NCBI GenBank assembly: GCA_934202735.1
Contig: CAKPYH010000005.1
Coordinates: forward strand, 23,126 to 87,125
Direction: 5' to 3'
From: an uncultured Alphaproteobacteria bacterium
Lineage (GTDB): Bacteria > Pseudomonadota > Alphaproteobacteria > CAAHEQ01 > UBA3637
Length of the DNA stretch: 64,000 bases
The position numbers were made by a program, and so were the translations under genes. Below, one piece after another: positions 38,983 to 49,628 of the stretch (position 1 is its first letter; each line of letters begins with the position of its first letter). The notes under the pieces were generated by a model that did not search any database, was not told the DNA's origin, and saw nothing but the letters and a program-made list of their open reading frames with translations.

Positions 38983-40953
38983 TTACATCCGACGTTTCCG
39001 AACCTGTTTAACGGTCGGCCGTTTGACGGGTTTAACGGCGGCTTTTTCCGAAACCTTCTCGGGTGTATCCCGGACCGGTTCCGATGTCGGAATTACCCCC
39101 GCATCAGGCACCGTTTTACGGGGCAAAATAACGGGTTGTTCGGTTTCTTGTCGGATTTTTTTGCCTTGCAATAACGCCTGAATTTCATCACCGGATAAAG
39201 TTTCATATTCCACCAAACCGTGTGCCAAAATATCCAGTTCATTTTTGTATTGTTTCAAAATATCCTGTGTTTTTTGATAAGCCCCCGTTATCAATTTATG
39301 AATCTCGTGATCTACGGTTAAAGCGGTTTCATCTGCCATATTTTTACGCTTGGAAATATCATAACCTAAAAAGACTTCACCTTGCGGTTCTTCATACGCA
39401 ATCGGGCCTAACACATCACTGAATCCCCATTCCGTCACCATTTTGCGGGCAATGGTTGTGGCGACTTGAATATCATTGCTGGCCCCCGTGGAAACCTTGT
39501 CCGGCCCCAAAATCATTTCTTCCGCCACCCGGCCGGCGAACAAGATACTGAGCCGTGATGTCAGGTATGTTTTGCTTTGGGAATACTTGTCCTTTTCGGG
39601 CAGTTGCATGGTGACCCCAAGCGCCCGCCCCCGGGGGATAATGGTTACCTTGTGCAACGGATCTGATTCCGGCAAGTGTAAGGACACAATCGCATGGCCG
39701 GCTTCGTGATAAGCGGTCATTTTCTTCTCATTATCATCCATGACCATAGAACGGCGTTCGGATCCCATCATGACTTTATCTTTGGCATCTTCCAGGTCTT
39801 TCATGGTTACCATGGTTTTATCGCGCCGGGCCGCCATCAACGCCCCTTCGTTCACCAGGTTGGCCAAATCGGCCCCGGAAAAACCGGGCGTACCCCGCGC
39901 CAAAACGTCCAGGCGTACATCGGGGGCCAACGGTACTTTTTTCACATGGACGGCCAAAATCTGTTCCCGCCCCCGAATATCGGGGTTAGACACAACGATC
40001 TGCCGATCAAAGCGACCGGGACGCAACAAAGCGGGATCCAAAACATCGGGGCGGTTGGTCGCTGCCAAAATAATAATACCGCTGTTCGTTTCAAAACCGT
40101 CCATTTCCACCAATAACTGATTGAGTGTTTGTTCCCGTTCATCATTTCCGCCGCCCAGGCCGGCCCCGCGATGACGACCGACAGCATCAATTTCATCCAC
40201 AAAAACGATGCAGGGCGCGGCTTTTTTGGCCTGTTCAAACATATCGCGGACACGACTGGCCCCGACACCGACAAACATTTCCACAAAGTCGGAACCCGAA
40301 ATGGAAAAGAACGGTACATTGGCTTCCCCGGCAATGGCTTTGGCCAATAACGTTTTTCCCGTCCCCGGAGGTCCGACTAACAAGGCGCCTTTGGGGATTT
40401 TACCGCCCAACCGTTGAAACTTGGCCGGAGCTTTCAGAAAGTCTACGATTTCTTGTAATTCCTGTTTGGCTTCTTCAATCCCGGCCACATCGGCAAAGGT
40501 AACTTTATCTTTGCCGGTCATCAGGCGGGCTTTAGATTTGCCGAAGCTCATTGCTTTGCCGTTGCTGGCCGCCATTTGGCGCATCATCACGACCCAAATA
40601 CCGATAAACAAAATCATGGGTAGCCACGATAACAGGCTTTCTAAAAACGAACTGCCCACCGGCGGCACGGGAATGGCCTTGATTTCAACCTGATGTTGTT
40701 GCAACAAAGGGACAATCCCGGCATCGGCCGGCATATAGGTACCGAACGTCTCACCCGATGTGAGTGTCCCCGTCAGGGTTTGACCTTGAATCTGAACGGA
40801 TTTAACTTCCCCTTTATCCACCGCCGTCACAAAGGCCGAATACGCCATATCCGTTGCCGGTTGTTTTGCGCCGTCTTCGGGGAAAAGATTAGATAATCCC
40901 ACCAACACCAAAAACAACACAACCCAAAACAACAATCCTTTTTTATTTTTCAT
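38983..40953 (-). CDS. ftsH: ATP-dependent zinc metalloprotease FtsH
   Basis: Walker A GPPGTGKT, Walker [12 protein letters not shown] region, Zn site HEAGHA. Confidence 0.98.
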   Translation of the reverse strand: MKNKKGLLFWVVLFLVLVGLSNLFPEDGAKQPATDMAYSAFVTAVDKGEVKSVQIQGQTLTGTLTSGETFGTYMPADAGIVPLLQQHQVEIKAIPVPPVGSSFLESLLSWLPMILFIGIWVVMMRQMAASNGKAMSFGKSKARLMTGKDKVTFADVAGIEEAKQELQEIVDFLKAPAKFQRLGGKIPKGALLVGPPGTGKTLLAKAIAGEANVPFFSISGSDFVEMFVGVGASRVRDMFEQAKKAAPCIVFVDEIDAVGRHRGAGLGGGNDEREQTLNQLLVEMDGFETNSGIIILAATNRPDVLDPALLRPGRFDRQIVVSNPDIRGREQILAVHVKKVPLAPDVRLDVLARGTPGFSGADLANLVNEGALMAARRDKTMVTMKDLEDAKDKVMMGSERRSMVMDDNEKKMTAYHEAGHAIVSLHLPESDPLHKVTIIPRGRALGVTMQLPEKDKYSQSKTYLTSRLSILFAGRVAEEMILGPDKVSTGASNDIQVATTIARKMVTEWGFSDVLGPIAYEEPQGEVFLGYDISKRKNMADETALTVDHEIHKLITGAYQKTQDILKQYKNELDILAHGLVEYETLSGDEIQALLQGKKIRQETEQPVILPRKTVPDAGVIPTSEPVRDTPEKVSEKAAVKPVKRPTVKQVRKRRM

Positions 40954-42205
40954 CTGTGTGAAACCCCTTTATTTGTGTTTGTATATAAACCATATTTTCT
41001 TTTCTTCTTTTATAATCAAGAGTGAACTTTTTTTCAAGTGCTTTTTGCATTTCGGGCCAAAAATAAACCGATACGGGCCCTTGAGCCTGCACAGACGGAA
41101 TGGCCCGCCGGACAAGTTCGGGCAGTTCATCAGACACATCCGGGTTCCCGGCAACGACTCGGATCGGCACCGATGACAAAATTAAAAAGTTATTCCAATA
41201 TGTCGGGGTCAAAGCCGGTATATCGGTCGGCGGATCCAACCGTTTGGCTTCGCGTGTGATAAAGACCAATCCTTGAGAACGCAAAACAAAGCAACCCCCA
41301 AAAGTCGCGCGGCGGGGCCATAGTTCCAACCACGTTTCCACCGTTTCCATGGCGGGATCCGGTCCCGTCGGGTTTATATGTGCCACAAGTCGCATCAAGG
41401 CCCGCAAGCGTACTTCTTCGGGTACGGCGGACAGAGCCGTTTCCGGAATCGTCAGATAACCATAGGGGGATATTTCGGCCCAGGCCGATACAAACCGTTG
41501 CGTATAAAAATCCAAGGCCGTTCGGGCCCGCATCAGTCGGTGTGTGCTCCGCCCGATCATAGCGGGGGTCAGGTTCATCGCGGACAAATCCCGTTGACGT
41601 AAACGCCAACGTACCCGTTCATAGGCCGGATTCGTATTCATGGAATCCACCGCCCATACGATGCCCCGCTGCGTTAAATCGGCTTCCAAATCGGTTTTAT
41701 CAAGGCCTAAAAACGGCCGACACAACAATACGCCGTCTCGCAGGGTTTGTTCCGCCATAGCCGACAGACCGTTCACACCGCTACCCCGTGCCAGGCGTGC
41801 CCAAAAGGTCTCGGCCTGATCCCCTGCATGATGGGCCAAAAACAAGTGCCCGATGCCCTGTTTTTTGCACCAAGCGATCATCAGGTCATAGCGTGCCGAC
41901 CGGGCGCGTTCTTCCAAGTGTGTTTTGGGTTTTGGTCCCGTCCATGCCACAGTCGTATGCGGAATGCCGTTCGCCGTCATTACCCGGTGGACATCGGCGG
42001 CTTCATCGGCCGACTCCGGCCGTAATCCGTGATCCACCGTCACGGCCTGTACAAGCCGGTGATGCTTGCGCCCCCATTCGGCCAGGTTCAGGGCCAAAGC
42101 CAAACTGTCCGCCCCGCCGGAAACGGCGATGCCGATCACACCCCCGGTCGGGACAGGCCAACGGCGCATATACGCCTCTAAAATCGTCTGTAATGTCAGG
42201 GACAT
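40943..42205 (-). CDS. tilS: tRNA(Ile)-lysidine synthetase
   Basis: PP-loop [11 protein letters not shown]. The position between cpoB and ftsH is the usual alphaproteobacterial order. It overlaps both neighbours by about 10 nt. Confidence 0.9.
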   Translation of the reverse strand: MSLTLQTILEAYMRRWPVPTGGVIGIAVSGGADSLALALNLAEWGRKHHRLVQAVTVDHGLRPESADEAADVHRVMTANGIPHTTVAWTGPKPKTHLEERARSARYDLMIAWCKKQGIGHLFLAHHAGDQAETFWARLARGSGVNGLSAMAEQTLRDGVLLCRPFLGLDKTDLEADLTQRGIVWAVDSMNTNPAYERVRWRLRQRDLSAMNLTPAMIGRSTHRLMRARTALDFYTQRFVSAWAEISPYGYLTIPETALSAVPEEVRLRALMRLVAHINPTGPDPAMETVETWLELWPRRATFGGCFVLRSQGLVFITREAKRLDPPTDIPALTPTYWNNFLILSSVPIRVVAGNPDVSDELPELVRRAIPSVQAQGPVSVYFWPEMQKALEKKFTLDYKRRKENMVYIQTQIKGFHTDEK

Positions 42206-42972
42206 GATAATTTCCGGGCTTCGGCGGCGGCCCGTTTTTTCAAGGCATCCGCCGCTTTGGGAAATTTTTCGGGTAATAAAGTCAGGAAACCGCAGGCTTC
42301 CGTCTTTTTGTTCAGGCGGGCCATCGTCATACCCAATTTAAGCAAGTTATCAGGGGCTTTGGCACTGGTTTCATATTTTGTCAGGCCGTCCGAAAAGACA
42401 CCGACCGCCACATCATATTGACCGCGCACATAGTATGTTTCACCCAACCAATAATTCGCATTGCCGGCCAGGTTAGATTTCGGATAGTCTTTCAAGAAAG
42501 AACGAAAGGCTTTTTCGGCCGCGGCATACTTGGTCTTGACCAGCAAGTCATAAGCGGTTTCATAGGCTTGTTTATCCGTTTGAGACGGCGCAGCGTCAGA
42601 TTTTCGCGATTCGCCGGGTTGTGTCAAGGCTTCAAAGCGCACGTCATTATCCTGACGGATTTTGTCCGTTTGTTCTTTTAAGGCAGATTGCGCGTATGAT
42701 AATTCTTCCACTTTACGCGTCAAGTCCGCAATCACACGGTTTTGATCATCTAATTGAGCATACAATTCGGATAATCCTTCACCGGAAACGGTTCCGGTGT
42801 TTTTTTCCGTTTTTTCCGTTCGGGACGGCGTATCCCGCGCATAAACTTTTTGTTGTAATAATGTCATTTCACGATCTAACCGATCCAACCGATCGGTTAT
42901 CATATCGGTTTGTAAATCGGCCGCTGCCGGCAAGGTCCACCCGAGAAGCATTATCACCCAAAACTGTTTCAT
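42196..42972 (-). CDS. cpoB: Tol-Pal system protein CpoB/YbgF
   Basis: Signal peptide, N-terminal coiled-coil, and C-terminal TPR-like block (YETAYDLLVKTKYAAAEKAFRSFLKDYPKSNLAGNANYWLGETYY). Located next to pal. Confidence 0.8.
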   Translation of the reverse strand: MKQFWVIMLLGWTLPAAADLQTDMITDRLDRLDREMTLLQQKVYARDTPSRTEKTEKNTGTVSGEGLSELYAQLDDQNRVIADLTRKVEELSYAQSALKEQTDKIRQDNDVRFEALTQPGESRKSDAAPSQTDKQAYETAYDLLVKTKYAAAEKAFRSFLKDYPKSNLAGNANYWLGETYYVRGQYDVAVGVFSDGLTKYETSAKAPDNLLKLGMTMARLNKKTEACGFLTLLPEKFPKAADALKKRAAAEARKLSCP

Positions 42973-43049
42973 ACTAAGACTCCTTCATAAAAAAACTCCC
43001 CTGTATTTTACAGGGAAGTTAAAACTTATGCAAGTTTTTTTATTATTTT

Positions 43050-43544
43050 TTAATACGCAACCGTTGTTGCATTCCGGTTTTTGGCCCAAGCGTCTTCATT
43101 GGAACCCAAAGCAACCGGCTTTTCTTTCCCATAAGAAATGGTCCGGATACGGTCGGCTGCTACACCGTTCGCGATCAGGTAACGCCGTGCGGCATTGGCC
43201 CGCCGTTCACCCAAAGCAAAGTTATATTCCGTTGTCCCGCGTTCATCGCAGTTGCCTTCAATCACAATCAAAGCCCGCGTGTTTTTCTTCAACCACGCCG
43301 CTTGATCGGCCAAGGCCGCTTTGCCCGCCGCGTCCAGATCGGAACTGTTCAATTTGAAATACACCACCGGTGCTGTATCATCTTTGAATTGCTTGGTCAG
43401 GTTTGTTCCTTCCAACGTGGAAATATCCACATCGGACCGCCACCCGCCATTAGAATTGCCATATAAATCGGCCCCTTCCTGTTTGGAAGCACAGGCAGAT
43501 AACAATGAGACGGCACACACCACGGCAAACACTTTCTTAAACAT
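43050..43544 (-). CDS. pal: peptidoglycan-associated lipoprotein Pal
   Basis: Lipobox LLSAC, and an OmpA-like domain (IEGNCDERGTTEYNFALGERRANAARRYL). Confidence 0.92.
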   Translation of the reverse strand: MFKKVFAVVCAVSLLSACASKQEGADLYGNSNGGWRSDVDISTLEGTNLTKQFKDDTAPVVYFKLNSSDLDAAGKAALADQAAWLKKNTRALIVIEGNCDERGTTEYNFALGERRANAARRYLIANGVAADRIRTISYGKEKPVALGSNEDAWAKNRNATTVAY

Positions 43545-43658
43545 AATAAAAACCCCTTTCGTTCAAATGTTGTTTTATGCGATCATCGCATACCGTTTCA
43601 GAAAAACATAAAAATAAACCAAAGTCAAGCCTTTTTTAAGGGTAAATCAGAAAAATTC

Positions 43659-43687
43659 TTGACTCCTTTGGGGGCGTATGTTATAAG
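43659..43687 (+). promoter_or_regulatory. sigma70-type promoter TTGACT-17-TATAAG upstream of the ankyrin gene
   Basis: -35 at 43659-43664, 17-nt spacer, -10 at 43682-43687. Confidence 0.5.
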
Positions 43688-43723
43688 TTTTGGGAAAAGT
43701 ATAAGTGATTTTGAAAGGAATGA

Positions 43724-44407
43724 ATGATGAACAAGTGGTACCTGATCCTAGGATGTGTCTTTTTACTTCCGTTTTCCGTTCTGGCACAAGATAATATGGA
43801 TTTATATATTGCGGCAGATGATGGAGATTTGTCAAAAGTGCGGGAACTGACCCAACAAGGATACGATGTAAATGTTATTTGTTCAACAATATGTTCGGGT
43901 TGGACTCCTGTCATGATCGCATCGGCCAACGGACATTTTGAAATCGTCAAGTTCTTGTTGGAACATGGGGCAAATCCCAATGCACAAAATCGTTTTGGCA
44001 GAACCCCTATTATGTTTGCGACCCGTTATCATAATAAACGTATCATTGAGATTTTATTACAGTATGGGGCAGACCCGACCATAACCAGTCAAGATGAAAC
44101 TCCAAACTCGGCAATGGCAGATGCCTTGATTATGTCTCTACAAGATCCGGATGTGTATGAGATTCTGAAAATGCTTGTGCAAAAGACGGGAAATGTTCGT
44201 TTTAGTTTTTGGGATTTTACACCTTTATTGTTGGCGGTCAGAAATGATGATTACGATTTTGCCAAATACTTATTGGATCACGGGGCCGATCCTTATCAGG
44301 TTAAAACGGTACAACAAAATGGCAAAGCCGTTACGTATGATTTGAACAGTCTTGCTCAATCCGAAAAAATGGGAAACCTGATTCGTTCCTATCAAACCAA
44401 AGACTGA
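43724..44407 (+). CDS. secreted ankyrin-repeat protein
   Basis: Signal peptide MMNKWYLILGCVFLLPFSVLAQ. At least 3 clear ANK repeats (GWTPVMIASANGHFEIVKFLLEHGANPNAQN; GRTPIMFATRYHNKRIIEILLQYGADP; TPLLLAVRNDDYDFAKYLLDHGADP). Confidence 0.85.
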   Translation: MMNKWYLILGCVFLLPFSVLAQDNMDLYIAADDGDLSKVRELTQQGYDVNVICSTICSGWTPVMIASANGHFEIVKFLLEHGANPNAQNRFGRTPIMFATRYHNKRIIEILLQYGADPTITSQDETPNSAMADALIMSLQDPDVYEILKMLVQKTGNVRFSFWDFTPLLLAVRNDDYDFAKYLLDHGADPYQVKTVQQNGKAVTYDLNSLAQSEKMGNLIRSYQTKD

Positions 44408-44434
44408 ACCGGTTCGCTCTTCAAGGGACAAATC

Positions 44435-44466
44435 AGAAAAAAGGCGGCACAAGATTTTGTGTCGCC
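44435..44466 (-). terminator. intrinsic terminator downstream of the lipoprotein gene (also faces the ankyrin gene)
   Basis: 10-bp stem GGCGGCACAA/TTGTGTCGCC with one G-U pair. On the minus strand it is followed by TTTTTTCT. Confidence 0.6.
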
Positions 44467-44482
44467 TGACTTGTACCGCCTT

Positions 44483-45007
44483 TTACCGGCCCATGGCTTT
44501 CAAGATTTTATCCCGTATCATCGCGTGTGTGTCAATTTCGGATTGCGCCTTGGCCATATCGTTCGGTGTGCTTTTTGCCGCTGCCGGAGCACCACTCATC
44601 TGAAAAGAGACCCATGATGAAATCGGATCAAAGAGGGGGTTATAGGTTGCGCCTTGTTGTCGCGCCACGATTGTTTTCCAAGCGTCATAAGTGGCTTTAT
44701 TTTCTTCGGTCAACAGGCTTCTGACTTTATATCCGGCCGGACCGGCACTGTGGTTTTCCATGCGTTGAAACCGTTGTTCATACATCGTACGGTCTTCGTC
44801 CATGCGTGGCATCAAAATGATACTGTTATCTTTCAGACGGATCCCGGCCCCGGCGGCATCAATCAAACGCGTATCGCCTTTTTCCGTGTGTGTAATTTTG
44901 GCCGGTGTGGCGGTTGGGGTGTTTTCGGCCTTGGTGCAGCCGCCCGTCAACAGGCCGCTTAAAGCCGACATCGCGGTCAGCATGGAAAATATGTGTTTCG
45001 GTTTCAT
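44483..45007 (-). CDS. hypothetical lipoprotein
   Basis: GGGAGA SD, then ATG 45007. Lipobox LLTGGC. No recognisable domain. The longer ORF-track start lacks a signal peptide context. Confidence 0.6.
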   Translation of the reverse strand: MKPKHIFSMLTAMSALSGLLTGGCTKAENTPTATPAKITHTEKGDTRLIDAAGAGIRLKDNSIILMPRMDEDRTMYEQRFQRMENHSAGPAGYKVRSLLTEENKATYDAWKTIVARQQGATYNPLFDPISSWVSFQMSGAPAAAKSTPNDMAKAQSEIDTHAMIRDKILKAMGR

Positions 45008-45092
45008 GGTGTATTTCTCCCTTGTTGCAGACATTATACCATAAAAACGGGTTTTTGTCAAATTGTCCCCCGGCTTGACCTGTAAAAATTGC

Positions 45093-45121
45093 TTGACAAT
45101 CGCCCCAAAAGAGAGTATAAT
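45093..45121 (+). promoter_or_regulatory. consensus sigma70 promoter TTGACA-17-TATAAT upstream of rpmI-rplT
   Basis: -35 at 45093-45098, 17-nt spacer, -10 at 45116-45121. An untranslated leader of about 75 nt follows, which could be an L20 autoregulation site (positional only). Confidence 0.7.
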
Positions 45122-45200
45122 GCACCCGTTCCGGGCAAAAAGGCTCAAAAATTGGCTGCCTTCCGTTCGGTGTTTCATAACAATTTACAAAGGAAATAAA

Positions 45201-45392
45201 ATGCCAAAATTAAAAACAAAAAGCGCTGTTAAAAAACGTTTTAAGACAACCGCGACCGGTAAGGTAAAAGGCGGGTATGTCGCCAAACGCCACTTGTTGA
45301 TCAACAAACCCAAGAAGATGAAGCGGAATGCCCGCGGTAGTCATACCGTCGGTGCCATTGTCGCCAAAATCGTCAAAAAGTTTATGCATTAA
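45201..45392 (+). CDS. rpmI: 50S ribosomal protein L35
   Basis: [23 protein letters not shown] is the canonical L35 N-terminus. AAAGGA SD. Confidence 0.95.
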   Translation: MPKLKTKSAVKKRFKTTATGKVKGGYVAKRHLLINKPKKMKRNARGSHTVGAIVAKIVKKFMH

Positions 45393-45404
45393 GGAGGTTT
45401 CGTT

Positions 45405-45758
45405 ATGGCAAGAGTAAAACGCGGCACGACCGTTCGTGCCAAACATAATAAAATCTTGAAGTTGGCCAAAGGCTATCGGGGTCGTAATTCCAAGGTTTTT
45501 ACAGTTGCAAAAGAAAAAGTTGAAAAGGGTCTGAAATACGCTTATCGGGATCGTCGCAAGAAGAAAACCGAAATCCGTCAACTGTGGATCGTCCGTATCA
45601 ATGCGGCCGTTCGCGCCAACGGCATGGTGTATTCTCAATTCATGAACGGCCTGAACAAAGCGGGCATCGCTTTGGATCGTAAGGTCTTGGCCGATATTGC
45701 GTTGAATGATGCTCAGGCTTTTGCCGATTTGGTTGCCAAAGCGAAAGCGGCTTTGTAA
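45405..45758 (+). CDS. rplT: 50S ribosomal protein L20
   Basis: [27 protein letters not shown] is the canonical L20 N-terminus. Confidence 0.97.
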   Translation: MARVKRGTTVRAKHNKILKLAKGYRGRNSKVFTVAKEKVEKGLKYAYRDRRKKKTEIRQLWIVRINAAVRANGMVYSQFMNGLNKAGIALDRKVLADIALNDAQAFADLVAKAKAAL

Positions 45759-45776
45759 TCCATTCGGGATAATCCA

Positions 45777-45808
45777 AACGGCTCTGACATGTATCGGGGC
45801 CGTTTTTT
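45777..45808 (+). terminator. intrinsic terminator after rplT
   Basis: AACGGCTC..GGGGCCGTT stem (one G-U pair) running into TTTTTT. Confidence 0.7.
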
Positions 45809-45822
45809 ATGTGCTTTTTTAC

Positions 45823-45851
45823 TTGACTTTTCATCCGAAATCGGTTATAGT
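45823..45851 (+). promoter_or_regulatory. sigma70-type promoter TTGACT-17-TATAGT upstream of monocistronic rpsD
   Basis: -35 at 45823-45828, 17-nt spacer, -10 at 45846-45851. A leader of about 95 nt precedes the rpsD ATG. Confidence 0.6.
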
Positions 45852-45947
45852 AGGAGCACTTCCTGAAATGCGGGCGGTTGGAATGAGCCAAAAGCCACGT
45901 TTTATCAATGGGATAAATACTATCGGGAAACAACAGAAAGGGATACA

Positions 45948-46562
45948 ATGTCTAAAAGACTGAGTTCTAAATTCAAAATTGATCGCCGTTTGGGTGTCAA
46001 TCTGTGGGGCAAATCAAAAAGCCCTGTCAATAAAAGAAACTATGGCCCCGGGCAACACGGTGCCAATCGTAAAAAGCCGACAGACTATGGTTTACAGTTG
46101 GCCGCCAAACAAAAATTAAAAGGCGTTTACGGGAACGTTTCCGAAAAGCAATTACGTAAATACTATGCCGAAGCCATTCGGCGTAAAGGCGACAGTTCCG
46201 AAAACCTGGTGGGTATTTTGGAATGCCGGTTGGATTCTATCGTCTATCGGATGAAATTTGTGCCGTCCGTATTTGCGGCTCGTCAATTTGTCAGCCATGG
46301 CCATGTGTTGGTCAATGGGAAGAAAGTGGACATTCCGTCCTACTTGGTCCGCCCCGGTGATGAAATCGCCGTGCGCAGCAAGGCCAAGGATATGGCTATG
46401 GTGATTGATGCCGTGGCCAGCACGGAACGTGAAGTCCCGGACTATATGGAAGTAGATGCCAAAGACATGAAGGGTAAATTTATCCGCGTGCCACAGTTGG
46501 CGGATATTCCGTATGCGACTCAGATGGAACCGAATCTGGTTATTGAATTCTACTCTCGGTAA
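45948..46562 (+). CDS. rpsD: 30S ribosomal protein S4
   Basis: [21 protein letters not shown].. and an S4 RNA-binding domain ([37 protein letters not shown]). Confidence 0.97.
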   Translation: MSKRLSSKFKIDRRLGVNLWGKSKSPVNKRNYGPGQHGANRKKPTDYGLQLAAKQKLKGVYGNVSEKQLRKYYAEAIRRKGDSSENLVGILECRLDSIVYRMKFVPSVFAARQFVSHGHVLVNGKKVDIPSYLVRPGDEIAVRSKAKDMAMVIDAVASTEREVPDYMEVDAKDMKGKFIRVPQLADIPYATQMEPNLVIEFYSR

Positions 46563-46581
46563 TCGGGACAGAATCACGAAA

Positions 46582-46609
46582 AGCGGGGCTTTCGGCTCCG
46601 CTTTTTTTG
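46582..46609 (+). terminator. intrinsic terminator after rpsD
   Basis: GCGGGGC-TTTC-GGCTCCGC hairpin followed by TTTTTTT. Confidence 0.75.
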
Positions 46610-46754
46610 TCGCCTTGTTGTGAAGATATCCAGAACGAATCACCCGTTCAAAAAGTATCGTTTTCAAAGGTTGAAAATGGGTTTAAAATCAGGGAAATAA
46701 ATGGGAAAAAGAAAACGCCCATTTCGGCAAGTTATTGATTTCCAAATAAAAAAA

Positions 46755-46830
<76 letters not shown>

Positions 46831-46839
46831 AACGGGGAC

Positions 46840-46868
46840 ACTATATCCGAATTTGAATAAAAATGCAA
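46840..46868 (-). promoter_or_regulatory. sigma70-type promoter TTGCAT-17-TATAGT for tRNA-Thr
   Basis: On the minus strand, -35 is at 46868-46863, the spacer is 17 nt, and -10 is at 46845-46840, 9 nt before the tRNA 5' end. Confidence 0.55.
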
Positions 46869-46981
46869 GCCTTTTTTTCTTAAATCCGATATTTTTTCGG
46901 TTCCGCCGACCCGGATGAGTTTTCTGTCCGCCCCGCGATTGCTTCGGATAAAAACGAAACCGAAAATAAATATAAAAAACG

Positions 46982-47010
46982 TTGCTTTTTAGGCACAAGT
47001 AGTGTAAAGT
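46982..47010 (+). promoter_or_regulatory. sigma70-type promoter TTGCTT-17-TAAAGT upstream of lolC
   Basis: -35 at 46982-46987, 17-nt spacer, -10 at 47005-47010. Confidence 0.45.
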
Positions 47011-47042
47011 AAATCTACAGTTTGAATTGAAAAGGAATAAAT

Positions 47043-48287
47043 ATGTTTTCTAAAACCGAGCGGTTATTGGCCTTTCGCTATTTGAAATCGCGCAAACGGA
47101 CGGGCTTTGTGTCTGTTATCGCGGGGTTTTCGTTTTTGGGGATTATGCTGGGTGTTGCCACCCTGATTATCGTGATGAGTGTCATGAACGGGTTTCGGGC
47201 CGAATTGATGGGACGGATTTTGGGCCTGAACGGTCAAATGGGCGTTTATCCCGAATGGGGCGATCGGTTGGAAAATTATACGGATCAGGCGGCCCGGGTG
47301 GCCTCTGTGGATGGGGTGGTCGCCGTTGTCCCCGTGATTGACACTCAAGTCATGATTAACGCCCGTGATGCCAGTGCCGGGATTATGGTACGGGGGATTC
47401 AACCGTCCGATTTTGCGTCACGCCCCATTTTACGCGATAATTATCAAGGCTTACCCTTAAATGAATTTTCGGACAATCAGGTTATTTTGGGGTATCGTTT
47501 GGCGCAACGGTTAGCGGTTCGGCCGGGGGATACGGTTACATTGGTGTCCCCCCGGGGCAACATTACAGCCTTTGGAACTATTCCCAAAATGAAGAGTTAT
47601 ACGGTGGTCGGTACATTTAATACGGCCATGTTTCAGTATGACGACAATTACCTGTTTATGCCCTTGAATGAAGCCAAAACGTTTTTCAAAATGGGGGATG
47701 CCGTTTCCCACCTGGAAGTTTTTATTCCCGATATGTCCCGGTTAGATACAGTGATGTTAAATGCCTTGGATGCCTTGGGCCCCGGGGCTATGGTGTACGA
47801 TTGGCGACATACGAATCAGGCGTTTTTTAATGCCATAGAAGTGGAACGAAATGTCATGTTTCTGATCCTGACCTTGATTATTGTTGTGGCGGCGTTTAAT
47901 ATGATTTCGGGCCTGATCATGTTGGTTCAGGACAAGGCTAAAGATATTGCCATCTTACGCACGATGGGCCTGACTAGGGGAGGGATTCAACGGGTTTTCC
48001 TGATGTCCGGGTTGATGGTCGGCATGGTCGGCACCGTGGCGGGTGTTGCGTTAGGGCTGGCGTTCAGTTATAACATTGACGCTATTAAAACATGGCTGGA
48101 AAGCTTGTCGGGGCATGAATTGTTTTCGGCCGAGATTTACTTTTTATCGCACTTACCGGCTCAGGTGGATTTACAGGAAGTCATTATCGTGGCGGGTATG
48201 TCTTTAATTTTGGCACTGGCGGCAACACTTTATCCGTCATGGAAAGCCGGTAAAACAGATCCGGTGGAGGCTTTACGTTATGAATAA
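47043..48287 (+). CDS. lolC: lipoprotein-releasing system permease (LolC/LolE family)
   Basis: MacB/FtsX-type topology. N-terminus ..[46 protein letters not shown] and a C-terminal FtsX domain. Followed by lolD with an 8-nt overlap. Confidence 0.9.
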   Translation: MFSKTERLLAFRYLKSRKRTGFVSVIAGFSFLGIMLGVATLIIVMSVMNGFRAELMGRILGLNGQMGVYPEWGDRLENYTDQAARVASVDGVVAVVPVIDTQVMINARDASAGIMVRGIQPSDFASRPILRDNYQGLPLNEFSDNQVILGYRLAQRLAVRPGDTVTLVSPRGNITAFGTIPKMKSYTVVGTFNTAMFQYDDNYLFMPLNEAKTFFKMGDAVSHLEVFIPDMSRLDTVMLNALDALGPGAMVYDWRHTNQAFFNAIEVERNVMFLILTLIIVVAAFNMISGLIMLVQDKAKDIAILRTMGLTRGGIQRVFLMSGLMVGMVGTVAGVALGLAFSYNIDAIKTWLESLSGHELFSAEIYFLSHLPAQVDLQEVIIVAGMSLILALAATLYPSWKAGKTDPVEALRYE

Positions 48288-48975
48288 TATCTTGGAATTG
48301 ACGGGCATTGAACGGACGTATGGAAAAGGTGAAACGGCCCTGCACGTCTTGCGGGGTGTGGATTTAACCATTCACCCCGGTGAAGTCGTGGCGTTGGTAG
48401 GACCGTCGGGTTCAGGGAAATCCACCTTGCTGCATATTGCCGGCCTATTGGATACACCGACCCGGGGACATATTCGGGTACAAGGCCAGGAAGCGTCCCG
48501 AATGAATGATACCGGACGGACGGCTTTACGCCGGCGGGCGATGGGTTTTGTGTATCAGGCGCACCTGCTGTTGCCGGACTTTTCCGCGTTGGAAAATGTG
48601 ATGATGCCGCAACTGATTGCCGGTGTGCCCCCGCGGGCCGCCAAAATGCGCGCGTTGGCTTTGTTGGAAGCCGTTGATTTGAAGAAACGGGCCACACATC
48701 GTCCCGGCGAATTATCCGGGGGTGAACAACAACGCGTGGCGATTGCCCGGGCCTTAGCCAATAATCCGGCCCTATTGCTGGCGGACGAGCCAACGGGAAA
48801 CCTGGACCCGGCAACGGCCGAAAAAGTGTTTGGTTTGTTGATGCGGTTAGTACGAGAAACAGGATTGTCGGCATTTATTGCCACACATAATCCGGATCTG
48901 GCGGCACAAATGGATCGGCAGGTTTGTGTTCAAAACGGCTTGTTGGTGGAAGTGCCCCGGACATGCACTACCTGA
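48280..48975 (+). CDS. lolD: lipoprotein-releasing system ATP-binding protein LolD
   Basis: Walker [10 protein letters not shown], signature LSGGEQQR, Walker [13 protein letters not shown]. Confidence 0.92.
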   Translation: MNNILELTGIERTYGKGETALHVLRGVDLTIHPGEVVALVGPSGSGKSTLLHIAGLLDTPTRGHIRVQGQEASRMNDTGRTALRRRAMGFVYQAHLLLPDFSALENVMMPQLIAGVPPRAAKMRALALLEAVDLKKRATHRPGELSGGEQQRVAIARALANNPALLLADEPTGNLDPATAEKVFGLLMRLVRETGLSAFIATHNPDLAAQMDRQVCVQNGLLVEVPRTCTT

Positions 48976-49556
48976 TTGACCTGGACAATACATTATTAAA
49001 AACTTTTTATCTGGACCGGTCCGGCCATGTGCGCTTTTATTGGGCCCGGGCATTTCAAGCCGATACCGGTCAATCCGAAGCGGTGTTAGGTGAGTTATTT
49101 CAGGGGGATTTCTTGGACGCTTTGCGCAAAACGCGGGACTTGGAACCCTTTATAGATCCCTGGCTGCAAAAGTATCACTTACCTTTTTCGGCTGCTTCTT
49201 TTTTGGAATACTGGCTATCACATGATATGATTGTATGCCCACCTGTTTGGCGCTGGATAACCGAACAAAAGCACAAGGGACATCACCTGCATATTGCATC
49301 CAATCAACCGCATGTCCGCATGGATTACCTATGGGAACATTATCCCGCCTGGCACACCCTGTTTGATCATGTGTTTACATCGGCACGCTTGGGTGTGGCA
49401 AAACCGGATTCGGCTTTTTTTGAACGGGTTTGTACACTGCTGGGCACACGGGGCGATGATGTGTGCTTGATTGATGATGAATATCCCAACATTCGGGCTG
49501 CCCGTGCCTTTGGCCTGACGGCGATTTTATACCGAACGCCGGCGGATTTACCATAA
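48963..49556 (+). CDS. HAD-superfamily hydrolase
   Basis: Motif I LIDLDNTL at the N-terminus when started at ATG 48963. A late DD motif (CLIDDEYPN). It overlaps the lolD end by 13 nt. Confidence 0.7.
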   Translation: MHYLIDLDNTLLKTFYLDRSGHVRFYWARAFQADTGQSEAVLGELFQGDFLDALRKTRDLEPFIDPWLQKYHLPFSAASFLEYWLSHDMIVCPPVWRWITEQKHKGHHLHIASNQPHVRMDYLWEHYPAWHTLFDHVFTSARLGVAKPDSAFFERVCTLLGTRGDDVCLIDDEYPNIRAARAFGLTAILYRTPADLP

Positions 49557-49593
49557 ATATATCTTTATTTTTCAATAGATTATTTTGGCATTC

Positions 49594-49622
49594 TTGACTT
49601 TTTTGCCTTTTTCGGGTATACT
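49594..49622 (+). promoter_or_regulatory. sigma70-type promoter TTGACT-17-TATACT; -10 ends 6 nt before ATG 49629 (leaderless candidate)
   Basis: -35 at 49594-49599, 17-nt spacer, -10 at 49617-49622, then GATATC and ATG. No SD is present. Confidence 0.55.
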
Positions 49623-49628
49623 GATATC

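Noticed and set aside
42795-42825. Short direct duplication TTTTTCCGT TTTTTCCGT
   Set aside because: It lies inside cpoB coding sequence (encodes TEKTEK). It is a trivial in-frame duplication, not a regulatory repeat.
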